Below, one piece after another: positions 17,807-26,522 of a stretch of 64,000 nucleotides of DNA. Within the stretch, counting starts at the first letter, position 1. The number at the start of each line of letters is the position of its first letter. Below the pieces are notes generated by a model. That model was not told the DNA's origin, searched no databases, and was given only the letters and a program-made list of their open reading frames with translations. The stretch covers positions 1,912-65,911 of the forward strand of contig JBKJMX010000001.1 of NCBI GenBank assembly GCA_046596135.1. Direction: 5' to 3'. The stretch is from Gemmatimonadales bacterium (GTDB taxonomy: Bacteria > Gemmatimonadota > Gemmatimonadetes > Gemmatimonadales > GWC2-71-9). Both the position numbers and the translations under genes were made by a program.

Positions 17807-19807
17807 GTGATGGTCCTCTGCTGCGGAGCCGCCGTGTCACTCTGGTCAGATCCGTCAGTTGTTGCTCTGCAGGAATCGCTCATCGGTCGCTATTCGCTGG
17901 AGCGCGAGCTCGGGCGAGGCGGGATGGCCGTGGTGTATCTCGCCCGTGATGTGAAGCTCGACCGGCCGGTGGCCATCAAGGTGCTCCACCAGCGTCTCTC
18001 CGCAGACCCGGGCGCACGCGAGCGCTTCGCGCGCGAGGCAAAGATCGCGGCGCGACTTTCGCATCCCCACATCGTCCCGATTTTCGCAGTCGAATCGACC
18101 CCGACACACGTCCTTATCGTCATGGCGGTGATCGATGGCGAGACGCTGGGCGCGCGTATCCGACGTCGCGGCGCGATGCCTGCGGATGAGGCCGAGCGAG
18201 TGCTGCGGGAGACGGCGTGGGCGCTGGGGTATGCGCACGCGCACGGCGTGATTCACCGAGATCTCACGCTCGAAAACATCTTGCTCGAGCGGGGGACCGG
18301 CCGGGCGCTGCTCGCTGATTTCGGGATTGCGGCGGAACGCGACGTCGCGGAGTCGGGACCGGTGTTCGGCACGCCGGGGTTTCTTGCGCCCGAAGTGATT
18401 CGGGGCGACCTCGTCGACCATCGTTCTGATGTCTACGCGCTTGGCGTGGTCGCCTGGACGGCGATCGCTGGCCGGGCGCCGTTCGTCGCCGAAACCAGCG
18501 CACAACTTCTTGCCAAGCACTTGTTGCAACCCGTGCCCTCGCTCGGCGAGCACGCCCGTGGGGTGTCGCGCCGACTCGCCACGACGATTGAGGCGTGCGT
18601 GGCGAAGGATGCCGATGCGCGCCCTCAGGACATTGCTGCGCTGCAGGCACTGCTCGAGCGCGCTCCGGAGCCCGTCGCGATTGCCCCGGCATTGCGCAAC
18701 TGGTTCACGCGGTGGGAGCGGATCCGACCGATGTACGCGCTGGCAACGCCGATCCTCGCGCTGCAAACGTGGCTGCTAGTCTGGGGATATCTCGAGTACC
18801 AGATCGGAAGCCTGCTCGTTGCGGCGGCGGTGTCGTCGGTCCTGACAATCACTGCGATCCCGCTCGTCGCACATCTCTGTTTCGAAGTGTCCGCACTGCG
18901 GTTGCTTCACAAGCTCGGATTCGGCGTGCACGACATCCGCGCCGCGTATCCATTGTGGCGGGAAGCGCTCGAACAGGAGCGCAGGCGCGATGGACTTCCC
19001 CCGTTGCCGGGCCGGGTCGTGTTCGACATGACGGTGTTTGGATTCGTCCTCATCGCGGTGGTGTTCGGGATCATCTTTCCCAACCTGCCCCGCTGGATCG
19101 ATCCGTCGCACCCGTCGATTTCCGTTCCGTACGTCCAGCGTGAGATCGTGAAGCTGATGAGCGCGGTCTACCTCGCGACACTGACCGGTGTCGGCATCGG
19201 CTTCGCATCCCCCGGCTTCCGGCTCCAACCGGGGGGGCGCTTCCGCCGCCTTGTCGAACGTTTCTGGAATTCGTCGCTAGCCGGCGGGATCACGCGGCTC
19301 GCCGGGGTGGGCCAGCGGGCCAGGCTCGCGGCATCATCGACCCTGCACCGGAACACGGAGCTCGTGCTTGGCCTCGCGGTCGACGACCTCTGGGGCGCGA
19401 TCCCGCCACACCTCCGCGAAGGCCTTGGCGACGTTCCTGCACTCGCGCACACCCTTCAGGCCGCAGCGACGGAGCTGAGGGCATTGACCGATCAACTCGC
19501 CACAGCGAGTGACGCGCTGCCGACTGGTCATGAGGAGATCGGGAAGCTGGCGATGACGCGAGACGTGGTCGACGCGCGGCACCGAGAGGCGGTGACGGCC
19601 CTCGAGCGGATCCGCCTGCAGTTATTGAGGCTCGTCGCAAGCCGACAGCAGACCTCCGACCTGACGAGCCAATTGGAGGCCGCCCGGTCGCTCGAAGGTG
19701 ACCTGCTTCGAGAACTCGCAGGCCACGGCGAGGTCCGGCGCATGCTGAGACGCCCGCGGTCGAACCGAGGCGGCCTCTCCGCAACCCCTGCCGAGACACC
19801 CGCATGA
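17807..19807 (+). CDS. membrane Ser/Thr protein kinase, paralogue 1 (kinase + 4 TM + helical C-terminal domain)
   Basis: GRGGMAVVY, VAIKVL, HRDLTLENILLE, ADFGIA and LAPEV kinase motifs, then four hydrophobic helices and a coiled-coil-like tail. The start may be the ATG at 17810. Confidence 0.9.
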   Translation: MMVLCCGAAVSLWSDPSVVALQESLIGRYSLERELGRGGMAVVYLARDVKLDRPVAIKVLHQRLSADPGARERFAREAKIAARLSHPHIVPIFAVESTPTHVLIVMAVIDGETLGARIRRRGAMPADEAERVLRETAWALGYAHAHGVIHRDLTLENILLERGTGRALLADFGIAAERDVAESGPVFGTPGFLAPEVIRGDLVDHRSDVYALGVVAWTAIAGRAPFVAETSAQLLAKHLLQPVPSLGEHARGVSRRLATTIEACVAKDADARPQDIAALQALLERAPEPVAIAPALRNWFTRWERIRPMYALATPILALQTWLLVWGYLEYQIGSLLVAAAVSSVLTITAIPLVAHLCFEVSALRLLHKLGFGVHDIRAAYPLWREALEQERRRDGLPPLPGRVVFDMTVFGFVLIAVVFGIIFPNLPRWIDPSHPSISVPYVQREIVKLMSAVYLATLTGVGIGFASPGFRLQPGGRFRRLVERFWNSSLAGGITRLAGVGQRARLAASSTLHRNTELVLGLAVDDLWGAIPPHLREGLGDVPALAHTLQAAATELRALTDQLATASDALPTGHEEIGKLAMTRDVVDARHREAVTALERIRLQLLRLVASRQQTSDLTSQLEAARSLEGDLLRELAGHGEVRRMLRRPRSNRGGLSATPAETPA

Positions 19808-21759
19808 CTCCCGACGATACTTCGGACCTCGAGCGCCTGCAGGACGCGCTTGCAGGGATCTGGTCGATCGAGCGCGAGATCGGCCGCGGCGGGATGGGCG
19901 TGGTCTACCAAGCGCGCGATGTCGCCCTCGACCGACCCGTGGCGATCAAGCTCCTTCATCCTTCCCTTGCGCGCGATTCAACGCAGCGGGAACGCTTCCT
20001 TGTTGAGGCCCGGACCGGCGCACGCCTCTCGCATCCGCACATCGTGCCGGTCTATGCCGTCGAGGAACGAACCGATTTCGTGTACTTCGTGATGGCGTTG
20101 ATCGATGGCGAGTCGGCGGGAGAGAAGCTTCGCCGCGAGGGGCCGATGGAAGCGCCGGAGGTCGAGCGGATCCTGCGCGACATCGGCTGGGGGCTGGCGT
20201 ATGCGCATGCGATGAACCTCGTGCACCGCGATGTCACGCTGGACAACATCCTCATCGAACGAAGCACAGGCAGGGCGGTGCTCGCCGATTTCGGCATTGC
20301 GTCCGAGATCGACCAGCTGGATCGTGGCCCGCTGATCGGTACGCCTGCGTACCTGGCGCCGGAAATCATCCAAGGTGAACCGCCGACACCCCTGAGCGAC
20401 CTGTACGCCCTGGGCATCGCCGGGTGGAGCATGCTCGCAGGCCGTCATCCCTTCATTGCTGACGACACTCCATCACTGCTGCTGATGCATGTCACCGAGG
20501 TCGCACCGCTCGTGAGCAAGGCGGCCCCGCGCACGCCCTCGAGGCTAACGCGCGCGATACAGAATGCCCTCGAAAAAGATCCCTCCGTGCGCGCGGGGTC
20601 GACGGAGGAGTGGGTCGAATCACTGGGGGGCGGCACGAGCATGGCGGCACTTGCGGACCCGCTCCGTCAATGGCTCGGACGGTGGGAGCGTGCGAAGCCG
20701 TTCTACGCACTTGGCATGAGCGTTCTTGCGATGCTCACGGCGAAGGCGGCGGCCGACTTGCTGAACGCAGTCACGTATTTTGGTCCCTACTTCCGCGGCA
20801 ACTGGAGCGCCTTTTTCACGATGATGATCGATTCGGGCATCAAGGTGCTCGGCGGCGTACTCCTGATTCACGCAGGCCTGGAAGTCATGGCGCTCCGCCG
20901 CCTTGCCGCCCGGGGATACGGCATCAAGGACATCCGACTCGTGCTGGCAAGGAACCGCGAGGAATTGCGCAGGTCACCGCCGGCGCCAGCGTCGCTGCTG
21001 GCGAGGGTGGTCCACGACCTCGGATGGCTGGCGGGCGGGCTGTACGTGCTGCTGGCGGTGTCGATCTTGAAGTATCTGTGGCTGTTCATGCCCACGGGAT
21101 ATGACTACCTCCCCCTCTTCTACTTTATCCACAGCATCGGACAATGGGCGTACGTCGCGTTCTGGTCGGCGCTCGGGTTCTCGTTCCTCATGCCCGTATT
21201 CCGGTTCACCGATGACAGCTTGTTCACTCGCGCGCGCGCAAGGCTCTGGAATTCGGCTTTTGGAGTCGCCGCGCTTCGCCTTGCGGCATTTCGCGTCGTC
21301 CGCGCCGACGACACATCCCACACGCTGCACCGTCCCACTGAACTGGTACTCGACCTTGCGATCGAAGATCTATGGCGTGAGTTGCCAGTCGAGACCCGCC
21401 GTGGGCTCGGAGACATACCAGCGCTGGTGGAGACACTTCGGCGCCGCATTTCGGCCGTGAGAGACACCGAGCGCCTCGTCGATGAGTCATCGATCGAGCG
21501 CACCGACGCGATACGGGACATGCGCCTGCGCCTAGCCGAGCGCCATCATGCCGGGGTCAGAGCCCTCGAGCGGATCCGGCTCCTCCTCGCTCAGCTGGGG
21601 TCTGCCGCTGCGCCCCTCGGCGAGTTCACCGCACAACTCGAAGATGCGCGCGCGGTCGAACGCTCGCTGCTGGAAGAACTCGGCGCGCACCCCGGTTTGT
21701 GGAAGCAGTTGAAATCCGGACTGCGAAATGCGTCGCCAACGCCAACGCCAGCTGGATGA
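19804..21759 (+). CDS. membrane Ser/Thr protein kinase, paralogue 2
   Basis: ATGA overlap with paralogue 1. GRGGMGVVY, VAIKLL, HRDVTLDNILIE, ADFGIA and LAPEI motifs. Same post-kinase architecture and shared motifs (RWER.KP.YAL, HR.TELVL, GLGD.PAL, ALERIRL). Confidence 0.9.
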   Translation: MTPDDTSDLERLQDALAGIWSIEREIGRGGMGVVYQARDVALDRPVAIKLLHPSLARDSTQRERFLVEARTGARLSHPHIVPVYAVEERTDFVYFVMALIDGESAGEKLRREGPMEAPEVERILRDIGWGLAYAHAMNLVHRDVTLDNILIERSTGRAVLADFGIASEIDQLDRGPLIGTPAYLAPEIIQGEPPTPLSDLYALGIAGWSMLAGRHPFIADDTPSLLLMHVTEVAPLVSKAAPRTPSRLTRAIQNALEKDPSVRAGSTEEWVESLGGGTSMAALADPLRQWLGRWERAKPFYALGMSVLAMLTAKAAADLLNAVTYFGPYFRGNWSAFFTMMIDSGIKVLGGVLLIHAGLEVMALRRLAARGYGIKDIRLVLARNREELRRSPPAPASLLARVVHDLGWLAGGLYVLLAVSILKYLWLFMPTGYDYLPLFYFIHSIGQWAYVAFWSALGFSFLMPVFRFTDDSLFTRARARLWNSAFGVAALRLAAFRVVRADDTSHTLHRPTELVLDLAIEDLWRELPVETRRGLGDIPALVETLRRRISAVRDTERLVDESSIERTDAIRDMRLRLAERHHAGVRALERIRLLLAQLGSAAAPLGEFTAQLEDARAVERSLLEELGAHPGLWKQLKSGLRNASPTPTPAG

Positions 21760-21764
21760 CGAAG

Positions 21765-21820
21765 GGTTGAAGGGTTGAAAGGTTGATGGGTTGAAGGGTT
21801 GAAAGGTTGAAAGGTTGAAA
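21765..21820. repeat. tandem octamer array (GGTTGAAR) x7
   Basis: Seven units, one of them variant (GGTTGATG). Starts 6 nt after the kinase-2 stop, in the convergent spacer before the glycosyltransferase stop (21864). Same unit and same lead-in (TGACGA..AGGGTTGAA) as the 17742 array. Confidence 0.95.
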
Positions 21821-21863
21821 TGGGATGGCTGAAAGCGAGACAGCCAACGACCAACGACCCGCT

Positions 21864-23129
21864 TCACCCGTTCCCACCGAGCACCATCTCGATCTCGTCG
21901 CATGCCCCGCCCACTCCATCTTCGCGCCGCACAATCTCACCGACCGCTTCGGCACGACTCCGGATGCTTTCATCGCCGAGCAACGCGGAAAGGTGCCGCG
22001 ACACGCGGGCGGCTCGGTACCGCGAAGGGTACGTCACGCGCGCCACGCCCAGCTCCCGCGCACGATACGCGTTGTCCGGCTGATCGTTGCCATGCGGCAC
22101 CACCAGCATCGGCACCCCAGCCGCCAACGCATGATGCAGTGTTCCCATGCCGCCGGGATGCACCACTGCCGCGGCGCGAGGCAGCAGCTCCGCGAACGGA
22201 GCGACGGGCATCACATGCACCGAGGTCGGCAGAGTCAGTGGAACGTTGCGCTCATGACCGCCAGTGACCAGCACCGCCCGAACCCCGAGACGCTCCGCCG
22301 CCGCAATGCTCTCGGTGTAGAACGCACCCGCGACCGACACCGCCGTCGACCCCAGGGTGAACACCACGGGCGCGGGCCCATCATCAAGAAACGCCATCGT
22401 GGCAGGGTCGAGTTCTACCCCGCCGTTCGCACTGTGGAAGATCGGCCCGGTCACCTGCGTGCGAGCGGGCCAGTCCGGCTGCGGTTTCGCAAGCACCCGT
22501 GAGAAGAGCGCCAACACTCCAGCCGGCGAGTGCTGCCCCTCGAAGAGCGGGTTGCGCCCCGGCGGAAGCCCGCGCTGTGCACGAAGCCGGGCCACTGGCG
22601 CTGACCAGCTCCGGCTCGCCGCTCGCGCTCCCGCCACGAGGGAACGCGAGAACCCCGGCACCCGGTGCAGCTTCCTGAGCCATGGAGCGGGCGGCACCAC
22701 CGGGAGGTCATGCGCGGAGAAGAACGAGATCGGGGAGAGGACGGTGGAGATCCACGGCAGCCCCAGCTCCTCCGCCACGACCGGACCTGCGAACGTGATC
22801 GGGTGCGTGATGAGGAGGTCGAACTCGGGAGCCGCGGCGCGGAGGTCATCAAACGACTCCTGTAACGCGCCCATCAACAGCGTGCGAATCAGATACCGCG
22901 TGCCCAACACTGGGCTGGTGATCCGCCGAACGGTGTCGATGTCTGACGGGTCGACGTCAGGCCGAATCGGGATGCACCGGATTCCGGCTGCCTCGATGTA
23001 CCCGCGATAGAACGCACTGGTCGCGATCGCAGGGACGTGACCCCGAGCCTTGAGGCCGAGCGCGAGTCCGACAAATGGATTGATGTCGCCGAAGGAACCC
23101 AGGGTGGTAAGGAGGATGCGGGAGGGCAT
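21864..23129 (-). CDS. GT1-family (UDP-glycosyltransferase/MGT-like) glycosyltransferase
   Basis: N-terminal ILLTTLGSFGDINPFVGLALGLKARGH and C-terminal donor-binding HPGGMGTLHHALAAGVPMLVVPHGNDQPDNA. Confidence 0.85.
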   Translation of the reverse strand: MPSRILLTTLGSFGDINPFVGLALGLKARGHVPAIATSAFYRGYIEAAGIRCIPIRPDVDPSDIDTVRRITSPVLGTRYLIRTLLMGALQESFDDLRAAAPEFDLLITHPITFAGPVVAEELGLPWISTVLSPISFFSAHDLPVVPPAPWLRKLHRVPGFSRSLVAGARAASRSWSAPVARLRAQRGLPPGRNPLFEGQHSPAGVLALFSRVLAKPQPDWPARTQVTGPIFHSANGGVELDPATMAFLDDGPAPVVFTLGSTAVSVAGAFYTESIAAAERLGVRAVLVTGGHERNVPLTLPTSVHVMPVAPFAELLPRAAAVVHPGGMGTLHHALAAGVPMLVVPHGNDQPDNAYRARELGVARVTYPSRYRAARVSRHLSALLGDESIRSRAEAVGEIVRREDGVGGACDEIEMVLGGNG

Positions 23130-23156
23130 TGGTGGAGAAGATAGAGACGAGAGACT

Positions 23157-23205
23157 GGAGAACGGAGAACGGAGAACGGAGAGCGGAGAACGGAGAACGG
23201 ATGAC
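23157..23205. repeat. tandem heptamer array (GGAGAAC) x7
   Basis: Units: GGAGAAC x3, GGAGAGC, GGAGAAC x2, GGATGAC. Followed at 23214-23234 by (CNTACGG) x3. Lies in the divergent spacer between the GT1 start (23129) and the acyl-CoA dehydrogenase gene. Confidence 0.95.
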
Positions 23206-23281
23206 CGATGCGGCTTACGGCGTACGGCCTACGGCTAGCGAAGGGCTGGACAGGGTCGGCAGGAGGCAGCAACTTGCCCCC

Positions 23282-25138
23282 ATGACCGAGACATCCGGCG
23301 CACCCCGAGCTGCCCCCACCGTTGACGAAGCGCGCGCTGTCGCTGAAGCCGCGCGAGAAACGGAATGGACTGCACCGAGCTTCGTGAGGGAGCTCTTCGA
23401 TGGCCGCCTCCGCCTCGCCCTCATTCATCCCTTCCCCGAGCCCGACCCCGCCGACCTCGCCCGCGCGCAACCGTTCCTCGATCGGCTCGAGGCGTTCATG
23501 GCGACCGAGGTCGACAGCGACGCCATCGATCGCGACAGCAAGGTGCCCCAGTCAGTAGTCGACGGGCTCCGCGACATCGGTGCATTCGGGATCAAGATCG
23601 CGCAGGCGTACGGCGGTCTCGGCCTTTCGCAATACTCGTACACTCATGCTATCGCACTTGTGACCTCGCAGGACGGATCGCTCACTGCGCTGCTTTCGGC
23701 GAGCCAGTCGATCGGGGTGGCCGTTCCGCTGACGCTGTTCGGCACCGATGAACAGAAGCAGCGCTATCTCCCCCGCCTCGCCGCCGGTGCGATCTCGGCG
23801 TTTGCCCTCACCGAAACGGAGGTCGGTTCCGACCCCGCTGGCCTCACCACCGTGGCCGAGCTTTCCGCCGATGGTACGCACTGGCTGCTCAATGGCGAGA
23901 AGCTGTGGTGCACCAATGGTCCGGTCGCCGAGGTGATGGTTGTGATGGCGCGCACGGGAAAACGCATCACTGCGTTCGTGGTCGAGGCGGAGTGGGAGGG
24001 GGTCGAGGTTGTGCACCGACTCGCCTTCATGGGGCTGCGCGGGATCGAGAACGGCGTGATGCGCTTCACCAACGTTCGGGTTCCGGTAGAGAACGTCATC
24101 TGGGGCGAGGGAAAGGGGTTGAAGCTGGCCCTGATAACCCTCAACACGGGGCGGCTCACCCTCCCCGCTTCGGGCGCCGCGGGCGCCAAGCGCGCACTGG
24201 AAATCACCCGCCGTTGGGCGGCGGAGCGGGTGCAGTGGGGGAAGCCGATCGGCCAGCATGACGCCGTCGCGCAGATGCTCGGCACCATGGCAGCCGACAC
24301 CTTCGCCATGCAGGCAGTGAGCGACCTCGCATCGTTGCTTGCCGACCGGCACGATGCCGACATCCGCCTCGAGGCGGCCATGGCGAAGCTGTGGAACTCG
24401 GAGGTGGGAAGCAGGATCATCGACGACTGCCTGCAGATTCGCGGCGGCCGGGGGTACGAAACCACCGATTCTCTTCGGCTACGCGGCGAGCGTCCGGACC
24501 CCGTCGAGCGGATGTACCGCGACTTCCGGATCAACCGGATCTTCGAGGGATCGAGCGAGATCATGCGCCTGTTCATCGCCCGCGAGGCGGTGGATACCCA
24601 TCTGCAGGTGGCCGGTGACCTGATCGACCCACGGAAGCCCACGGGCAGCCGGCTGCGGTCGCTCGCCCGCGCCGCGGCGTACTACGTGACGTGGTACCCG
24701 AGGCACTGGTTCGGCATGACCTTCCTGCGCCACGGTGAGTTCGGTACGCTCGCCACACACGTGCGGTTTGTCGAGCGTGCGTCGCGTCGACTCGCGCGCA
24801 CACTCTTTCATGCGATGGTGCGCTTCGGGCCGAAGCTCGAGCAGCGGCAGTCGGTGCTCTTCCGCCTCGTCGATGTCGGCGCAGAACTCTTTGCAATGAG
24901 TGCGGCCTCCAGCCGGGCACACCAACTCGCGAAGGCCGGGAACCCGAACGCCGTCGAACTCGCCGACATCTTCTGTCGCCATGCGCGGCAGCGGGTCAAT
25001 CGCCTACTGGCGGAGGTGTATGGTCCCGACGATGTCGCGACCTACCGGACCGCGCAGCGCGTACTGGCTGGTGATCACGCCTGGGTCGAATCGGGCATGG
25101 TGCGCGCCGTCCCGCCGGACGGCGGCCGGTCAGGGTAG
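23282..25138 (+). CDS. acyl-CoA dehydrogenase family protein (long form with C-terminal extension)
   Basis: ACAD motifs (FALTETEVGSDPAG, KLWCTNG, QIRGGRGYET, RINRIFEGSSEIM). An alternative start is the ATG at 23201, inside the last heptamer unit, which has a GGAG 5 nt upstream. Confidence 0.85.
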   Translation: MTETSGAPRAAPTVDEARAVAEAARETEWTAPSFVRELFDGRLRLALIHPFPEPDPADLARAQPFLDRLEAFMATEVDSDAIDRDSKVPQSVVDGLRDIGAFGIKIAQAYGGLGLSQYSYTHAIALVTSQDGSLTALLSASQSIGVAVPLTLFGTDEQKQRYLPRLAAGAISAFALTETEVGSDPAGLTTVAELSADGTHWLLNGEKLWCTNGPVAEVMVVMARTGKRITAFVVEAEWEGVEVVHRLAFMGLRGIENGVMRFTNVRVPVENVIWGEGKGLKLALITLNTGRLTLPASGAAGAKRALEITRRWAAERVQWGKPIGQHDAVAQMLGTMAADTFAMQAVSDLASLLADRHDADIRLEAAMAKLWNSEVGSRIIDDCLQIRGGRGYETTDSLRLRGERPDPVERMYRDFRINRIFEGSSEIMRLFIAREAVDTHLQVAGDLIDPRKPTGSRLRSLARAAAYYVTWYPRHWFGMTFLRHGEFGTLATHVRFVERASRRLARTLFHAMVRFGPKLEQRQSVLFRLVDVGAELFAMSAASSRAHQLAKAGNPNAVELADIFCRHARQRVNRLLAEVYGPDDVATYRTAQRVLAGDHAWVESGMVRAVPPDGGRSG

Positions 25139-25690
25139 CGCCGGACTCGCCAGCTCGCCGGTGGGATCGAGGGCGCGCTCGTAACGTACTCCTGCGCTGA
25201 AGTTTGCTGGTCCACGGTAGGCGACTTCGTAGACCGCAAGGCGATCGGGCAGGTGTTCCATCAGCACCATGCGACGCGGCGCCCCAGCGGGACCGGCCTC
25301 GATGCGCAGTGTCAGCGCACCGAGTTGCAGCCTCCTGGCATACACGACCGTGCGGGAGCTGTCGGCCTCCTCGACGTACACTTGCCACTGCTGCCCGTCA
25401 TCCCACGCCGGCCGACCGTGCACCATCTCCACCCGTGCGGCAATGACGACGCTTTCGTCCGCGCCATCGCCGTCAATGTCGCCCAACGCGGTGCGGTGAT
25501 AGTTCCAGCCATCCGTGCCAGCGACGGCGGGCGCTCGACCGGAATCGATGAGCACCACTGTCTCTACCGGTGCCGTGATGGCTCCTGAATCGACCGCTGC
25601 CGGTTCCGGAGCGTCGGCGCCTGCGCAGGCACCCACCAGCGCGACCGCCACGATAGCCGTGACAGCGAGTCGCGTAGTCATTCGGGACAT
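25130..25690 (-). CDS. hypothetical lipoprotein
   Basis: MSRMTTRLAVTAIVAVALVGACAG lipobox and a DIDGDGADE Ca-binding-like motif. An alternative ATG at 25681 gives an ATGA overlap with the upstream gene. The listed 26062 start is an Arg-rich extension. Confidence 0.6.
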   Translation of the reverse strand: MSRMTTRLAVTAIVAVALVGACAGADAPEPAAVDSGAITAPVETVVLIDSGRAPAVAGTDGWNYHRTALGDIDGDGADESVVIAARVEMVHGRPAWDDGQQWQVYVEEADSSRTVVYARRLQLGALTLRIEAGPAGAPRRMVLMEHLPDRLAVYEVAYRGPANFSAGVRYERALDPTGELASPALP

Positions 25691-26262
25691 CCGACCACGA
25701 GCACCTTGTCGACCAGCGTGTTGCGCTGCAGCACGGAGCGGACAAGTTCGTCGATCGACTCGACCGCCGCGCCGCGGTGGGCGTCGAGGCGGAAGGAGAG
25801 TCCGCATTGTGACGGGATGGTCACGAACAGCCGGCCTTCCCCCTCGATCGCGGTGGCGCCGGGCCGGGCAAGCAGTTCGTCGAGTTCGGTGCCGACGCCG
25901 AGTGAATCGGCAGTGCGCCACCTCGGATCGGTCACCATCACGCTTCGGACGGTGTCGCCCACGACCCATCCGACCAATCCTCCGCTGTCGGTGCTGGTGC
26001 GGAGCTCCCGCACCATCATGCCTTCCGGGCCCGGTACAACCGTGTCGACCAAGGCCGGGCAACCGGCGCGGGCGCTACCGGCCGACATCCCGATCTGGAA
26101 GCAACCGACCCCGCTGCCCGACATAGCCTGAATAGCCGGGGTCGAATCGATCGCAACGGGGGGCGGCGAAGCAGAATCCACCGGTTCGGGGGTTCTGTCC
26201 CCTGACCCACAGGCGGCCACGAACGCGGCAACGGCGACCAGTGTCGACACTCTCGGCATCAA
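25678..26262 (-). CDS. hypothetical lipoprotein
   Basis: MMPRVSTLVAVAAFVAACGSG lipobox. No recognisable catalytic motifs. Confidence 0.6.
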   Translation of the reverse strand: MMPRVSTLVAVAAFVAACGSGDRTPEPVDSASPPPVAIDSTPAIQAMSGSGVGCFQIGMSAGSARAGCPALVDTVVPGPEGMMVRELRTSTDSGGLVGWVVGDTVRSVMVTDPRWRTADSLGVGTELDELLARPGATAIEGEGRLFVTIPSQCGLSFRLDAHRGAAVESIDELVRSVLQRNTLVDKVLVVGCPE

Positions 26263-26370
26263 TCCTCCTGTGGTGGGGTCCTGCCAGAACAGACGTCCGA
26301 AGGGCCTCGATCCCCACGGATTGACGCCCCCCGTTGACTTCCCGGCACCTTCGCCACAACTTCGGTCACC

Positions 26371-26433
26371 ATGATTTCACGCACCTGCGGCCATCACGTC
26401 CATCACCACCACGGAGCTTCCGGGGCGGGTTGA
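26371..26433 (+). CDS. putative his operon leader peptide (MISRTCGHHVHHHHGASGAG)
   Basis: 20-codon mini-ORF with 6 His in 7 consecutive codons (26392-26412), about 90 nt upstream of hisG on the same strand. No clear Shine-Dalgarno sequence. Confidence 0.6.
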   Translation: MISRTCGHHVHHHHGASGAG

Positions 26434-26468
26434 TGTCGTGTGGCCGGTAAACGGACAGCGAATCCATC

Positions 26469-26500
26469 AACGCCGACCCTTGGTCGGCGTTCGTGTTTCT
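26469..26500 (+). terminator. putative his attenuator (intrinsic terminator)
   Basis: AACGCCGACC-TT-GGTCGGCGTT, a perfect 9-10 bp GC-rich stem, followed by CGTGTTTCTGT. Lies between the leader ORF and hisG. The upstream GTTGATG (26429-35) can pair with CATCAAC (26465-71), which overlaps the 5' arm. Confidence 0.55.
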
Positions 26501-26522
26501 GTCACTCGAAACACCGCCGAGC

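Noticed and set aside
17807-21759. Kinase cassette as a mobile element or genomic island
   Set aside because: There is no integrase, transposase or tRNA anchor, and no visible compositional shift relative to the flanks. Only the direct octamer arrays hint at recombination potential, so it is reported as a repeat finding, not as a mobile element.
21820-22083. 87-aa ORF starting in the last unit of the second octamer array
   Set aside because: It overlaps the 3' part of the GT1 gene on the opposite strand. It is Ser/Pro/Arg-rich with no recognisable motif, so it is probably not translated, despite the appeal of an ATG inside the repeat.
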